A stretch of 64,000 nucleotides of DNA from an uncultured Verrucomicrobiae bacterium (GTDB lineage Bacteria; Verrucomicrobiota; Verrucomicrobiia; Limisphaerales; Palsa-1400): assembly GCA_963707025.1 (NCBI GenBank), contig CAVPOM010000006.1, positions 416,001-480,000 of the forward strand, in the 5' to 3' direction. This document shows, in pieces, positions 41,837 through 51,031 of this stretch. Under the pieces are notes generated by a model, which had not been told where the DNA came from, made no database searches, and saw only the letters and a program-made list of their open reading frames with translations. Every line of letters begins with the position of its first letter. Position 1 is the stretch's first letter. The position numbers and the translations under genes are program-made.

Positions 41837-42220
41837 TCAAAGCAAGGAGACCGGATATTGTCTAACGAGGGCGTCGGACGACGCGAGCGTCAACCCATGA
41901 GCTTGTGCCTGACAGACCAACATGCGGTCGAAGGGATCGCGATGCAGCCCCGGCAATCCGCTCAACCGCGCCACGGCAGCTTCATCCAACGCCAGTGGCG
42001 CGATAAGATGCTTTGCACGTTGCAGCGGGATAAACTGCGCGGGTGGCTGCGGCAACGGAAGTTTGCCGAGGCTGTGTTTCAGGGAAATCTCCCAGAACGA
42101 AACCGCGCTCAAGAAAACCTCGTTCCGCGGGTCGCGCACCGCGGAGGCGACTCGCCCAGGTAATTTGGCATCGCCGGCCACGAGCCAAAGAAACTCGCAG
42201 GTATCCAGCAGAATCCTCAT
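41837..42220 (-). CDS. VapC-family PIN toxin
   Basis: LLDTCEFLW, SAVSFWEI..K, HRDPFDRMLVCQA. Confidence 0.92.
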   Translation of the reverse strand: MRILLDTCEFLWLVAGDAKLPGRVASAVRDPRNEVFLSAVSFWEISLKHSLGKLPLPQPPAQFIPLQRAKHLIAPLALDEAAVARLSGLPGLHRDPFDRMLVCQAQAHGLTLASSDALVRQYPVSLL

Positions 42221-42438
42221 TTGCCTTCAAACGTCTGTAATACGTCTTCCGACAAAGGGGCGTTGAAGTCGTCCGGAACTGTAAACTGGCCCTTGGCCAA
42301 ACCGATTGGCCGCGGCTGGGCAGATGTCGGCGGATTGAGAATGGTGAGCAGGCCGGATGCCTTTTCCGGCAGCGCCTCCGCGCCTTTCGGCAGGACCCGC
42401 CCGTGGTCAATATCCACTTCAAATGTGAGATAGCTCAT
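42217..42438 (-). CDS. Putative antitoxin
   Basis: RPIGLAKGQFTVPDDFNAPL tail typical of VapC partners; ATGA overlap with toxin. Confidence 0.82.
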   Translation of the reverse strand: MSYLTFEVDIDHGRVLPKGAEALPEKASGLLTILNPPTSAQPRPIGLAKGQFTVPDDFNAPLSEDVLQTFEGK

Positions 42439-42560
42439 GGCAAGACCTTACACTGGAACGCGAATGGGGGCAAGAAGTCAAGGCTCGCATTGGATTTGCA
42501 CCACCGGTCCCGTTTCTTTCAGTCCGGCCTGCCGCAGCAATAATGTCTTCCGCCGCAATA

Positions 42561-43886
42561 TCACCGAAGAACATGTCGTGGATTGCTGCAAGTCGGTTTC
42601 TCGCCAAGGGAGCCTAACGTGTACTCACCCCCATCAGGACAGATCGGCAGAACAAATCCTTCACCACCATGGCCAAAGTAGGGCAACAAATCCTTCCACG
42701 TTGGCGTGTCGGTGACTTGTTTTCCAGCTTCCAGCCCCCATTGTGCTTTGGCCGAGTTAATGGCCCGGAGATTCATGATGCACAAATCCACCCTCCTGTT
42801 CTCGTTGGGGATCACCCCGGAAAGATCGCCCAGGCCGGCCGCGGACGACGCGCTTTGCCTGTTCCGGTTACCGAGTGCCGCCATGCGTTGATTGAGCGCC
42901 TGAATTTCCTGCCGCGCTTTGGCCAGTTCGTTCGTCTGTCCGCGTAATTGCGATACTTCATTGCGCAATCGCGCCAAGTCGCGCACTTGCGCCTGCGAGA
43001 GCGCCCCGCCGCCGGCATTGGCCGCCTCTTGCGCAGCGCGCGCCAGTTGCTCCTGCAATGGCGCGACCTGCGCCACCTGTTGCTCCAACGCAGCAGTCTG
43101 CTGGTGCAATCCTTTGATGGTTTGGTGCTGCACAGCATCTGTCGCCACAGCGGCGACTGCGACGGCACTGACGATTGCGATTTTTATTTTAGTCATGGTC
43201 ATAAAGTTTAAGAGCGTGGCGGTGGCGCCGCCGGCGGCCCCGCCGGCGAGGGCAGTCCCGGCGACGGTGGCCGCCAGACCGAGCGGGGCCGCCGACACGA
43301 ACCCGGCGGCCAGCGCGGTGCCGAGGGCCGCGGCGGAAAAGGCCACGCCGCGATTTTTCAGCAGCACCTGCAATTTGTCCAAGGCGCGGTTGACTCTCAT
43401 GCGGGCGGCGTCCTCATTGCTGCCCAGCGCTTCCCCCACGGCGCGAAATTCAAGCTGCTCAAAAAAGCGCAGCAGGATGGCCGTGCGGTCATCCGGTTCC
43501 AATTGGTTGATCGCTTCATCCAAAATCGGCCCCACCAACGCAAGGTTGGCCGCCGTGTGATCCTCCGGGTTATTCATGGCCACAGCCTGCCTTTCTCTGA
43601 AATGACGCCGCCGTTCGCCTCGCATGATGGTTCCGGCTGCGAAACAAGTGTCGCGATGCAGCCATCCCCCGATCATGACTTGCGGGGGCAGGGTGCGGGC
43701 CTTGCGGGCCAGGTTCACAAACACAGTTTGGGTAATATCCTCCGCCAAATGGGTATCGCCATTGACTAGCCGGAGCGCGGTTGAATGAACGGAGTTGATG
43801 TAACGCGCGACCAGATCCCGAAAGGCTGATTCCGAGCCGTTCTTCACATAATCGGCGAGCAATTGCTGGCTCTCATCCATCTTCAT
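42561..43886 (-). CDS. ECF sigma-70 factor fused to TM, coiled coil and pilin-head-like Cys domain
   Basis: SESAFRDLVARY, AEDITQTVF, LDEAINQL...AILLRFFE; C-terminus CIMNLRAINSAKAQW...CPDGGEYTLG...PTCS. Confidence 0.88.
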   Translation of the reverse strand: MKMDESQQLLADYVKNGSESAFRDLVARYINSVHSTALRLVNGDTHLAEDITQTVFVNLARKARTLPPQVMIGGWLHRDTCFAAGTIMRGERRRHFRERQAVAMNNPEDHTAANLALVGPILDEAINQLEPDDRTAILLRFFEQLEFRAVGEALGSNEDAARMRVNRALDKLQVLLKNRGVAFSAAALGTALAAGFVSAAPLGLAATVAGTALAGGAAGGATATLLNFMTMTKIKIAIVSAVAVAAVATDAVQHQTIKGLHQQTAALEQQVAQVAPLQEQLARAAQEAANAGGGALSQAQVRDLARLRNEVSQLRGQTNELAKARQEIQALNQRMAALGNRNRQSASSAAGLGDLSGVIPNENRRVDLCIMNLRAINSAKAQWGLEAGKQVTDTPTWKDLLPYFGHGGEGFVLPICPDGGEYTLGSLGEKPTCSNPRHVLR

Positions 43887-43937
43887 CTACTATATAAAGG
43901 CCGCCCAGCCCAAATTCCGAACAATTATCTTTGTATC

Positions 43938-44058
43938 GAGAGCTCTGCAAAACGCGCGTCCACGATTGGAGCGGCGGTCTGTGACCGCCGCAAACCAGGG
44001 GAAATAAACGCATGGCGACGGTCATAGACCGCCGCTACAGGCGTTTTGCAACGGTCTC
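43938..44058. mobile_element. 121-bp MITE, copy 2, with perfect 6-bp target duplication TGTATC
   Basis: TGTATC at 43932-43937 and 44059-44064; TIRs GAGAGCTCTGCAAAACGC / GCGTTTTGCAACGGTCTC. Confidence 0.87.
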
Positions 44059-44170
44059 TGTATCCGGTTGGAAGCCGGGGAGGCCCGGATCACAACTTCA
44101 ATTTCCCTTGCCAGCGAGGCAAAGCAAGCCCATTTATGGCTGTGTTTCAACTTCATTGGAAGGCAACCGG

Positions 44171-45211
44171 ATGCGTGTGGCGGTAACAGGTGCTTTTGGC
44201 TATTCCGGCCGCTACGTGGCTAGGCGGTTGCTCGAAGCGGGCCATCAGGTCATCACCCTGACCAACTCCTTGCATCGCCCCAATCCTTTCGGCGATCAGG
44301 TGCGGGCGTTTCCCTTGCAGTTTGACCAGCCCAATGGTCTCACCGATTCTTTGCGCGGATCGGACGTGCTCATTAACACCTATTGGGTCCGGTTTGATCA
44401 CCGGCTCTTTACCCACAAGCAGGCGGTCGCCAACACCAAAGTTTTGTTCCAAGCCGCCAAAGACGCCGCGGTCAGGCGCATTGTGCATGTCAGCATCACC
44501 AACCCGGACCTGCGCTCCGATCTGTCCTATTTCCGCGGCAAGGCCGAACTGGAAACGGCTTTGACTTCCGTCGGTCTTTCTTTCTGCATTCTGCGCCCGG
44601 CGGTTTTGTTCGGGAAAGAGGACGTGCTCATCAATAACATCGCCTGGTCACTGCGCCGCTTTCCCATTTTCGCCGTGTTCGGCGCTGGACAATACAAACT
44701 CCAGCCCATTTATGTGGACGACCTGGCCGGCGCTGCCGTCGCCAAGGCGGCCGGTGACCAAAATGAGATCATCAACGCCATCGGACCGGAAACCTTCACC
44801 TATCGCGAACTGGTCGGGACGGTGCAACGATCACTGGGGTTGAAGCGGTTGGTGCTGAGCGTTCCGCCGGAGCTGGGCTACTGGGCCGGCCGGGCCATCG
44901 GTTGGATGGTTCGCGATGTCGTCATCACAAGGCAGGAGATACGCGGGTTGATGGAAGGCCGGCTGGCGGTGGACGCGCCCCCATTGGGCGCGACCAAACT
45001 GACCGATTGGATCCAGCGCCACCGCGACACTCTGGGCCGCCATTACACCAGTGAAATGGCCCGCCGGGTGGACCGCTTTTCCGAGTACCCGCTCGAATTG
45101 ATTTTCCCGATGCCAACTCCAGCCGGCCTTGGCCTCGCCGAGGCGTCCGGGCGGCGGTCCGTTGCGCCGCTCGACGCGGCGCGGACAGCGCGGCGTGCTG
45201 TCCCTGCCTGA
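44171..45211 (+). CDS. NAD(P)-binding atypical SDR/epimerase-family protein
   Basis: VAVTGAFGYSG, IVHVS, YFRGK, ILRPAVLFG, QPIYVDD; last ~45 aa look repeat-derived. Confidence 0.88.
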   Translation: MRVAVTGAFGYSGRYVARRLLEAGHQVITLTNSLHRPNPFGDQVRAFPLQFDQPNGLTDSLRGSDVLINTYWVRFDHRLFTHKQAVANTKVLFQAAKDAAVRRIVHVSITNPDLRSDLSYFRGKAELETALTSVGLSFCILRPAVLFGKEDVLINNIAWSLRRFPIFAVFGAGQYKLQPIYVDDLAGAAVAKAAGDQNEIINAIGPETFTYRELVGTVQRSLGLKRLVLSVPPELGYWAGRAIGWMVRDVVITRQEIRGLMEGRLAVDAPPLGATKLTDWIQRHRDTLGRHYTSEMARRVDRFSEYPLELIFPMPTPAGLGLAEASGRRSVAPLDAARTARRAVPA

Positions 45212-45370
45212 ATAGTTACGGCCCATTGGCGCGGAGTCATCCCTCCGGCCATGTAATAAGAAAGCTAACATCAAATGTCAACGCCTCTTATACTTGCGCG
45301 CCGCGGTCGCAAATCGCCCCCGCCCGGCACTTATCATTGACGATGCGAATTCATCTGAACAGGACATGGC

Positions 45371-45934
45371 ATGGACTTAACTGACAAAGAATACGTCGAG
45401 CGCTGTCGCGACGGCCATCCGGAGGACTTCGGTTTGCTGGTGGATCGCTACCAGAAATCGGTCTTCGCTTATGTGGCCTCGCGCGTGGGAAACTTCCCGC
45501 AAGCGGAGGAAGCGGCCCAGGAATCCTTCGTGAGAGCTTTTCTCTCCTTGGGCAAGCTGCGCAAGCCGGAGTCCTTTTACTCCTGGCTTCTGGGCATCGC
45601 GAGTCGGGTGGCCAAGGAACAATTCCGCGCCGAGCTGCATCGCCGGCGGGATTGCCAGGCCGCCGAGACGATGATGACCAGCGCCACCGGGCCCGCCGAA
45701 GATTATCCGTTGGAAGAAGCCCTGGCCGTCCTGCCGGAAAACCATCGCCAGGTGATCCTGCTGCGTTATTACGAGGGGCTTTCCTGTCAGGAAGTGGCCA
45801 CACGCCTCGCCATGCCGCTGGGCACCGTCACCAAAACCCTCTCGCGCGCTTATCTCCTGCTTCGCCACGAACTCGAAGCCCGGGATTTCCGCGAAAACGG
45901 GGAACAAATAGTCAACCAGAAAGAACAACCATGA
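45371..45934 (+). CDS. ECF sigma-70 factor
   Basis: FGLLVDRYQ, AEEAAQESFVRAF, FYSWLLGIA, LP..HRQVILLRYYEGLS, GTV...LSRA. Confidence 0.92.
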   Translation: MDLTDKEYVERCRDGHPEDFGLLVDRYQKSVFAYVASRVGNFPQAEEAAQESFVRAFLSLGKLRKPESFYSWLLGIASRVAKEQFRAELHRRRDCQAAETMMTSATGPAEDYPLEEALAVLPENHRQVILLRYYEGLSCQEVATRLAMPLGTVTKTLSRAYLLLRHELEARDFRENGEQIVNQKEQP

Positions 45935-47256
45935 ACTGCGCCGATTGCCGGGACAATATTATCGCCTCCGTGGAAGGGTTGCTCGACCACGACCAATCGC
46001 TCCAATGCCGGGCACACCTGGAATCCTGTCCTCAGTGCCGGGCCGAATACGAAGCCATGTCGGGTCTGCAAGGCCGCCTGCTCGCGCGCGGCCAGGCCGC
46101 CGCCGGGGTGCGCCTGGTCGAACCGGTCATGCGGCGCGTTCGTGCCGAACAGTTCAAACCAGAAAGAGAAACACTTATGAGCAAATTATTGCAACATCGT
46201 TGGGGATTCGGCTTGGGCGCCACCGCGGGCGCGGCCGCCATTTTGGCAGTCATCCTTTTCTCCATGCCCAAGGCGCAAGCCCAGGCCCTGGCCGTCATGA
46301 CCAAAGGCGCCCAGGCCGTCGCCAAACTCACCAGCATTCACCTGCGCGGCCAGCTCCGCACCGCACCGCAGGATAACTTTTCCGCCATCATGCCCGATCA
46401 GGACTTTGTCACCATCGAACTGTGGAAGCAGTTCGAGCCGGACCTCAAGTGGCGCGTGGAGAAGCCGGGACGTGTCGCCGTCATGGACGGCCAGTCCACC
46501 CTGCTTTTCATCAAACCTGACTTTGGCTACAAAGTGCCGCAACCCAGCGCCAGCGCGTTCGACACGCAATGGTTGCACGAGTTGGCCAACCTCAACAAGA
46601 CCCTCGAAACCGAGCTCGCCGCCATCAAAGCCCGCGGCTGGACCATCACCCTCGCCCAGGAGCAAGGCGCTGACGGCAAGGCCAAATCCGTCATCAGCGT
46701 CGAAGCCAAGTCGGTTATTGGGGCGGGCGATTATTTGCATAACAAGTTCTTCTCCACCGCCGACACCCGCCACGTTTACGTGTTCGACGATCAGTCCGAA
46801 CTTTTGGAATCGGTGCAAATCTACCTGCACGCCCCCGCCGGCGAGCAACTGGTTTTTAAGCTCGATGAAATTGACTGCAACCCGACGATTGACCCCGCCG
46901 TCTTTCAACTGCAATTGCCCGCCAACCTCAGCATGGGCGGCGCCATGCCCATCCTGCCGGACAACGAGAAATACGCCGCCATGACTTCCGAGCAGGCCGC
47001 CCGCGCCTTGTTCGACACTTGCGCCCGCGAGGATTGGACGGAGGCGGCAAAATTCTTCAATCCCCTGACCGACAGCATGAAGCAGTATCTCGGCGGTCTC
47101 CAGATCGTCAGCATCGGCACGCACACCACCCTCTCCAATGGCGCGGAGATCGTGCCTTATGAAATCACCCTCAAAGGCGGCCAGGCCAAAAAATGGAATC
47201 TGGCGCTCAAACGCGACCCCACCACCCGCCGTTGGTTTGTAGATGGCGGCATTTGA
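45931..47256 (+). CDS. Zinc-finger (HxxxCxxC) anti-sigma factor with TM and periplasmic domain
   Basis: MNCADCRD...HLESCPQC; ATGA overlap with sigma; one TM segment. Confidence 0.87.
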   Translation: MNCADCRDNIIASVEGLLDHDQSLQCRAHLESCPQCRAEYEAMSGLQGRLLARGQAAAGVRLVEPVMRRVRAEQFKPERETLMSKLLQHRWGFGLGATAGAAAILAVILFSMPKAQAQALAVMTKGAQAVAKLTSIHLRGQLRTAPQDNFSAIMPDQDFVTIELWKQFEPDLKWRVEKPGRVAVMDGQSTLLFIKPDFGYKVPQPSASAFDTQWLHELANLNKTLETELAAIKARGWTITLAQEQGADGKAKSVISVEAKSVIGAGDYLHNKFFSTADTRHVYVFDDQSELLESVQIYLHAPAGEQLVFKLDEIDCNPTIDPAVFQLQLPANLSMGGAMPILPDNEKYAAMTSEQAARALFDTCAREDWTEAAKFFNPLTDSMKQYLGGLQIVSIGTHTTLSNGAEIVPYEITLKGGQAKKWNLALKRDPTTRRWFVDGGI

Positions 47257-47380
47257 ACGCCTTGGCGCACGAATCGTCAAACCCATCAAAATCGCAACGG
47301 AACTCGCAAGGGTTCTGTTGCTTTGTCGTAACGCGTGAGTCTTGGCCTGGCAGGGCGGGTCCCAAATTATCGGGACCCGC

Positions 47381-47429
47381 CGCGCGCGCTTCTTCTCCCT
47401 CTCCTCGGAGGAGAGGGCTGGGGTGAGGA
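47381..47429 (+). repeat. CCCTCTCC/GGAGAGGG hairpin repeat, copy 1
   Basis: gcgcgcttcttctccctctcctcggaggagagggctggggtgagga; second copy at 49996-50052. Confidence 0.8.
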
Positions 47430-47472
47430 CGAGCTTTCTTATCTCCGCGTAGCGCTGATTCCACCTGCTCGA

Positions 47473-49936
47473 TCACCGCGGCGAATTCGTCCCCCTCCCT
47501 GCCGCCGCCTGGGCCGCCTTCAATTCCGCCTCGCGCACCTCCACTTCGGCTTGGGCCACCGCCACATCCGGACCAGAAACAAACCCTGCCCGTGCCTGTT
47601 GCGAAAGGAGCCGCCAGGTGCGCTGCGCCGCCGCCAGCCTCACTTGCGCAACCTTCACGTCGTCCCCATCCAATTCCGCCTTCAAAATCTCCACCTTGGC
47701 CTGCGCCGCATCGAGGTCGGTCGGGGAACCCAGACCCGCGTTGTACAACGTTTTCTGCTGGGCGGCTTCCAACTCCGCCTGGTGGATTTTGGCACGAATG
47801 ACATCCCGGTTGCGCTCCATCGCCAGTCCCCCGGCGGCGGGCGCAACCAAAACGTTGCTTGCGGCCGGCTGCGCCGCCGGCATTTGCTTGATCTTTGGTT
47901 GGCTCTCCTCCCGGTACAGGTACCAATCCCCTGCCGAACTTCCCGCGGCCGGTGCCGCTTGCACCATCTTTCCTTTGCTCTCTTCCATCGCTTCGGACTT
48001 GGTTCCAAAATAGAGCGCCGCGAACTGCCTGCCATCGGCAGACATGGACACATAAGGCAACCCGGGTGCCAGGTGGGGATGAATTAATTTAAAGTCGCCC
48101 CGCCCGCCGGATATCCGCATCCGCTGCAGCGGGCTTGGTAAAACCTCACTATTTGTCGGAGTATTTGTCAGATCAATGCCAAGTGCCAGCATGGCGCTGC
48201 TGGCGCTGACCAGATTGTAATGGCCTTCGACCACCAATCGGTCCTGCGTTCGGACCGCCATCGTGATGTCAATCGAATCGCCTTCGGGAAACCAACTCTT
48301 GCCGATATAATCCGAGTTCACCCACGGACTCCCTCTGAAGAAGTTGAAATGGATGGCCGTCGCCAGCATGCACACGAAGGCCGCGGCCGCCAGCACCCGG
48401 TAGAACTGGAAATCCCGGCCGCGGAAACGGAAAAACAATTCCACCGATGCCACAATCCCAAAAATGAAAAAACCCAGACTATAATAATGCATAAACTCGC
48501 TCCCCATCGGATAACCGAAATGACCCGAGAGCATGAGCAGAAACCAGGAGCCGATCAGTATCAGCGCCGTCCAATTTATCACCCGGCCGAAACGGGTGGC
48601 CTGGCTTTTCCCTGGCGGTCGGGGCGCCTTGCTGGAGACGCCGCGCCACTCCTTTTTCCAGCGAGCGGACATACACCTCATACAGCGTCAAATTCGCCTT
48701 GCGCAGCCGGAAAAACTGGTCCACCGCGCTCACCGCCCCCAAAAAAAGCATGCCGATGCTGAAATAAAGCGGCGCCTTGCTGTCGGGATGGCCCAGATAA
48801 TCCAAAGGAACGCGCAGCAACCAGTAGCTGAGAAATCCGCCCGCGGCCAGAACCACTAGGTTAAAAAAGATTTCCGCCGCCAGCTCGAGGATCTTGCTGA
48901 AACGAGTGGCGGGTAATCGGATGATGGATGGCGCGGGCGCGCCCGGATTTTCCGAGGGAGCCGAGGCCCCTCCGCCGCCACCGGGCGTGGTCGCAATCGT
49001 CTCCACCCGCGTTTTGACTTCGCTGACCTGCTGATAGCGCCGCTCCGGCTCCTTTTCCAGCGCGTGCAACACCACTTCGTCCAGCCGCACGTCCACCTGG
49101 ACTTTGTGCGACGGCGGCTGAAATTTTCCCAGGGGCAATTCGCCCGTCAGCATTTCGTAAAAGACCACGCCCAGCGAAAAAATGTCCGCCCGATGGTCCA
49201 CCAGGGCCGCATGTTCAATTTGTTCCGGCGCCATGTAATGCGGCGTGCCCACCACGTCCTTGGCCCCGGTCAGCGATACCTTGCCCGAGGCCTGCCCGAG
49301 GATCTTGGCGATGCCGAAGTCGGCGATTTTCACCCGCCCTTTCTTGTCCAGCAGGATGTTCTCCGGTTTGATGTCCCGATGGACGATGCCTTCGTTGTGC
49401 GCGAATTGCAGCGCATCGCAAATCTGCGGCACGATGGCCAGGGCTTGTTCGGGCGCCAGCCGTCCCGCCTGCTCCACCTGGCGCAGATTGGCCCCATCCA
49501 CAAATTCCATGATCAGATAGTGCAGTCCGCCGGCTTGTCCAAAATCATGCACCGCCACGATGTTCGGATGCACCAGCCGGGCCAGCGCGCGCGCTTCGCG
49601 GTTGAACCGCTCGGCAAATCCCGCCGCCCCCGCCGCGCGCGGCGGCAGGATTTTCAGCGCCACCAACCGGTCCAGCCCCGCTTGCCGCGCTTGATAGACC
49701 GCCCCCATGCCGCCCTGGCCAATCAACCCGATGATTTCCAGTTGCGGAAAAAGTTTCGCGATTTGCGCCACTGGCGGAGGAAGGAAGCCCGCGCCTTCTC
49801 CCCCCGCGTCGCTTCCGGTCTTGACCCCGGCCTGGATCAGGCATTCCGGGCACAATCCCAACGGCGTCTCGGGCGGCAGCGGTTTCCGGCAGCCGGGGCA
49901 AATTGGTTTCGCATCCATAAAAATGTTTCCTTCCAC
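47473..49936 (-). CDS. Membrane Ser/Thr protein kinase; 1-nt frameshift near 48653-48657 joins ORFs 48479-49936 and 47473-48681
   Basis: CPGC..LCPEC, IGQGGMGAVY, VALK, HRDIKPEN, DFGIAK, GTPHYMAPE; removing one A gives ...SLEKEWRG... in frame with the TM/periplasmic part. Confidence 0.88.
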
Positions 49937-49995
49937 CCTTTACTTGGGAAACGGCCGGGCAAGGTTGCGCAAAAAAATCGAAAATAACCGGCCCG

Positions 49996-50052
49996 GCGCG
50001 CTTCTTCTCCCTCTCCTCCACACTCTTGTGGAGGAGAGGGCCGGGGTGAGGA
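49996..50052 (+). repeat. CCCTCTCC/GGAGAGGG hairpin repeat, copy 2
   Basis: gcgcgcttcttctccctctcctcca-cactctt-gtggaggagagggccggggtgagga. Confidence 0.8.
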
Positions 50053-50093
50053 GGCTTCACACGCTCTCATCCTGCCTTTCCCGCGCCAAATAA

Positions 50094-50873
50094 TCACCCG
50101 GTTTTGCCCAGCACGGCAAACAGATGCCGCAACTCCTCATCCACTTCACCCGGCGCGGCCACCGTCTGGGCGATTTCAGCCCGCAGCAACTTCCGGTAGC
50201 GCCGGCGCAACCGATGCACCGCCGATTTCACCCCGCTTTCGCTCAAGGCCAGCTTGCCGGCCAGTTGCGCGTAAGGCAGCGAGGCGCGCTCCCCCACCAG
50301 GCATGGATTTATTTCCGAAAACAATCCGGCGTTTCCTTCCTGCTCGTATTCCTTCCGCAGCCGTTTGACCACTTCCTCCAGCAGCGTCAGGACCCAGCGT
50401 TTTTCGAAACTTTCTTCCGGCGTGACCTGATCGGCAGGTTTACGGCTCAATCGTGATTCCGCCGCATCGAATGGCAGCGGGAGCAGCGGCGCGCCGCCAC
50501 CGCGCTTTTGGGCGCGCGCCTTGTCCCATTCGCCGGCCATGAACCGTTTCATGGCCGTGAGAAGAAAGGACCGAAACCGGCCCTTCGACCGGTCCGCCCT
50601 TCCCACCCAATCATGCGCCAATAAGCGGGCGAAAAATTCCTGCGTGAGATCCTGGGCGTCTTCCCGCGAATGGCCCCGTCCGCGCGCGTAGGCGTAAAGC
50701 GGATACCAATACGTCTGGCAAAGTTGGGCCAGGGCGTTTTGCGCGCGGGTGCCGTCGTGATCTCCAGCCGAGAGCACCAGGGACCAATGGGTGGTGACAA
50801 AAACGCCGCCGCGCCCGGCGTCGCCTGATGGTGATGCGGTGGAAGGATCAGTCGTGGCGCCGCTGCTGCTCAC
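50094..50873 (-). CDS. ECF sigma factor of the Ser/Thr-kinase-associated type
   Basis: FVTTHWSLV, LCQTYWYPLYAY, AQDLTQEFF, GRFRSFLL, VHRLRRRY, VDEELRHL; upstream of the kinase. Confidence 0.88.
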   Translation of the reverse strand: MSSSGATTDPSTASPSGDAGRGGVFVTTHWSLVLSAGDHDGTRAQNALAQLCQTYWYPLYAYARGRGHSREDAQDLTQEFFARLLAHDWVGRADRSKGRFRSFLLTAMKRFMAGEWDKARAQKRGGGAPLLPLPFDAAESRLSRKPADQVTPEESFEKRWVLTLLEEVVKRLRKEYEQEGNAGLFSEINPCLVGERASLPYAQLAGKLALSESGVKSAVHRLRRRYRKLLRAEIAQTVAAPGEVDEELRHLFAVLGKTG

Positions 50874-51031
50874 ACCCTGACTTTAGCCATCACCCCAAAA
50901 TAAGCAACCACAGAAGCCCTATGGCCCCCCGCTCGCGGCGCGCCTCGACACCGCCCCAAGAACATGGGCGGGCGGTGTAGCGTCGAGCCTGTGGCTTGAC
51001 ACTATTCCCAATTGCCATTGGCCCGCCCTCC

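Noticed and set aside
38754..44058. Composite transposon bounded by the two MITEs
   Set aside because: Each copy has its own different flanking duplication, indicating independent insertions.
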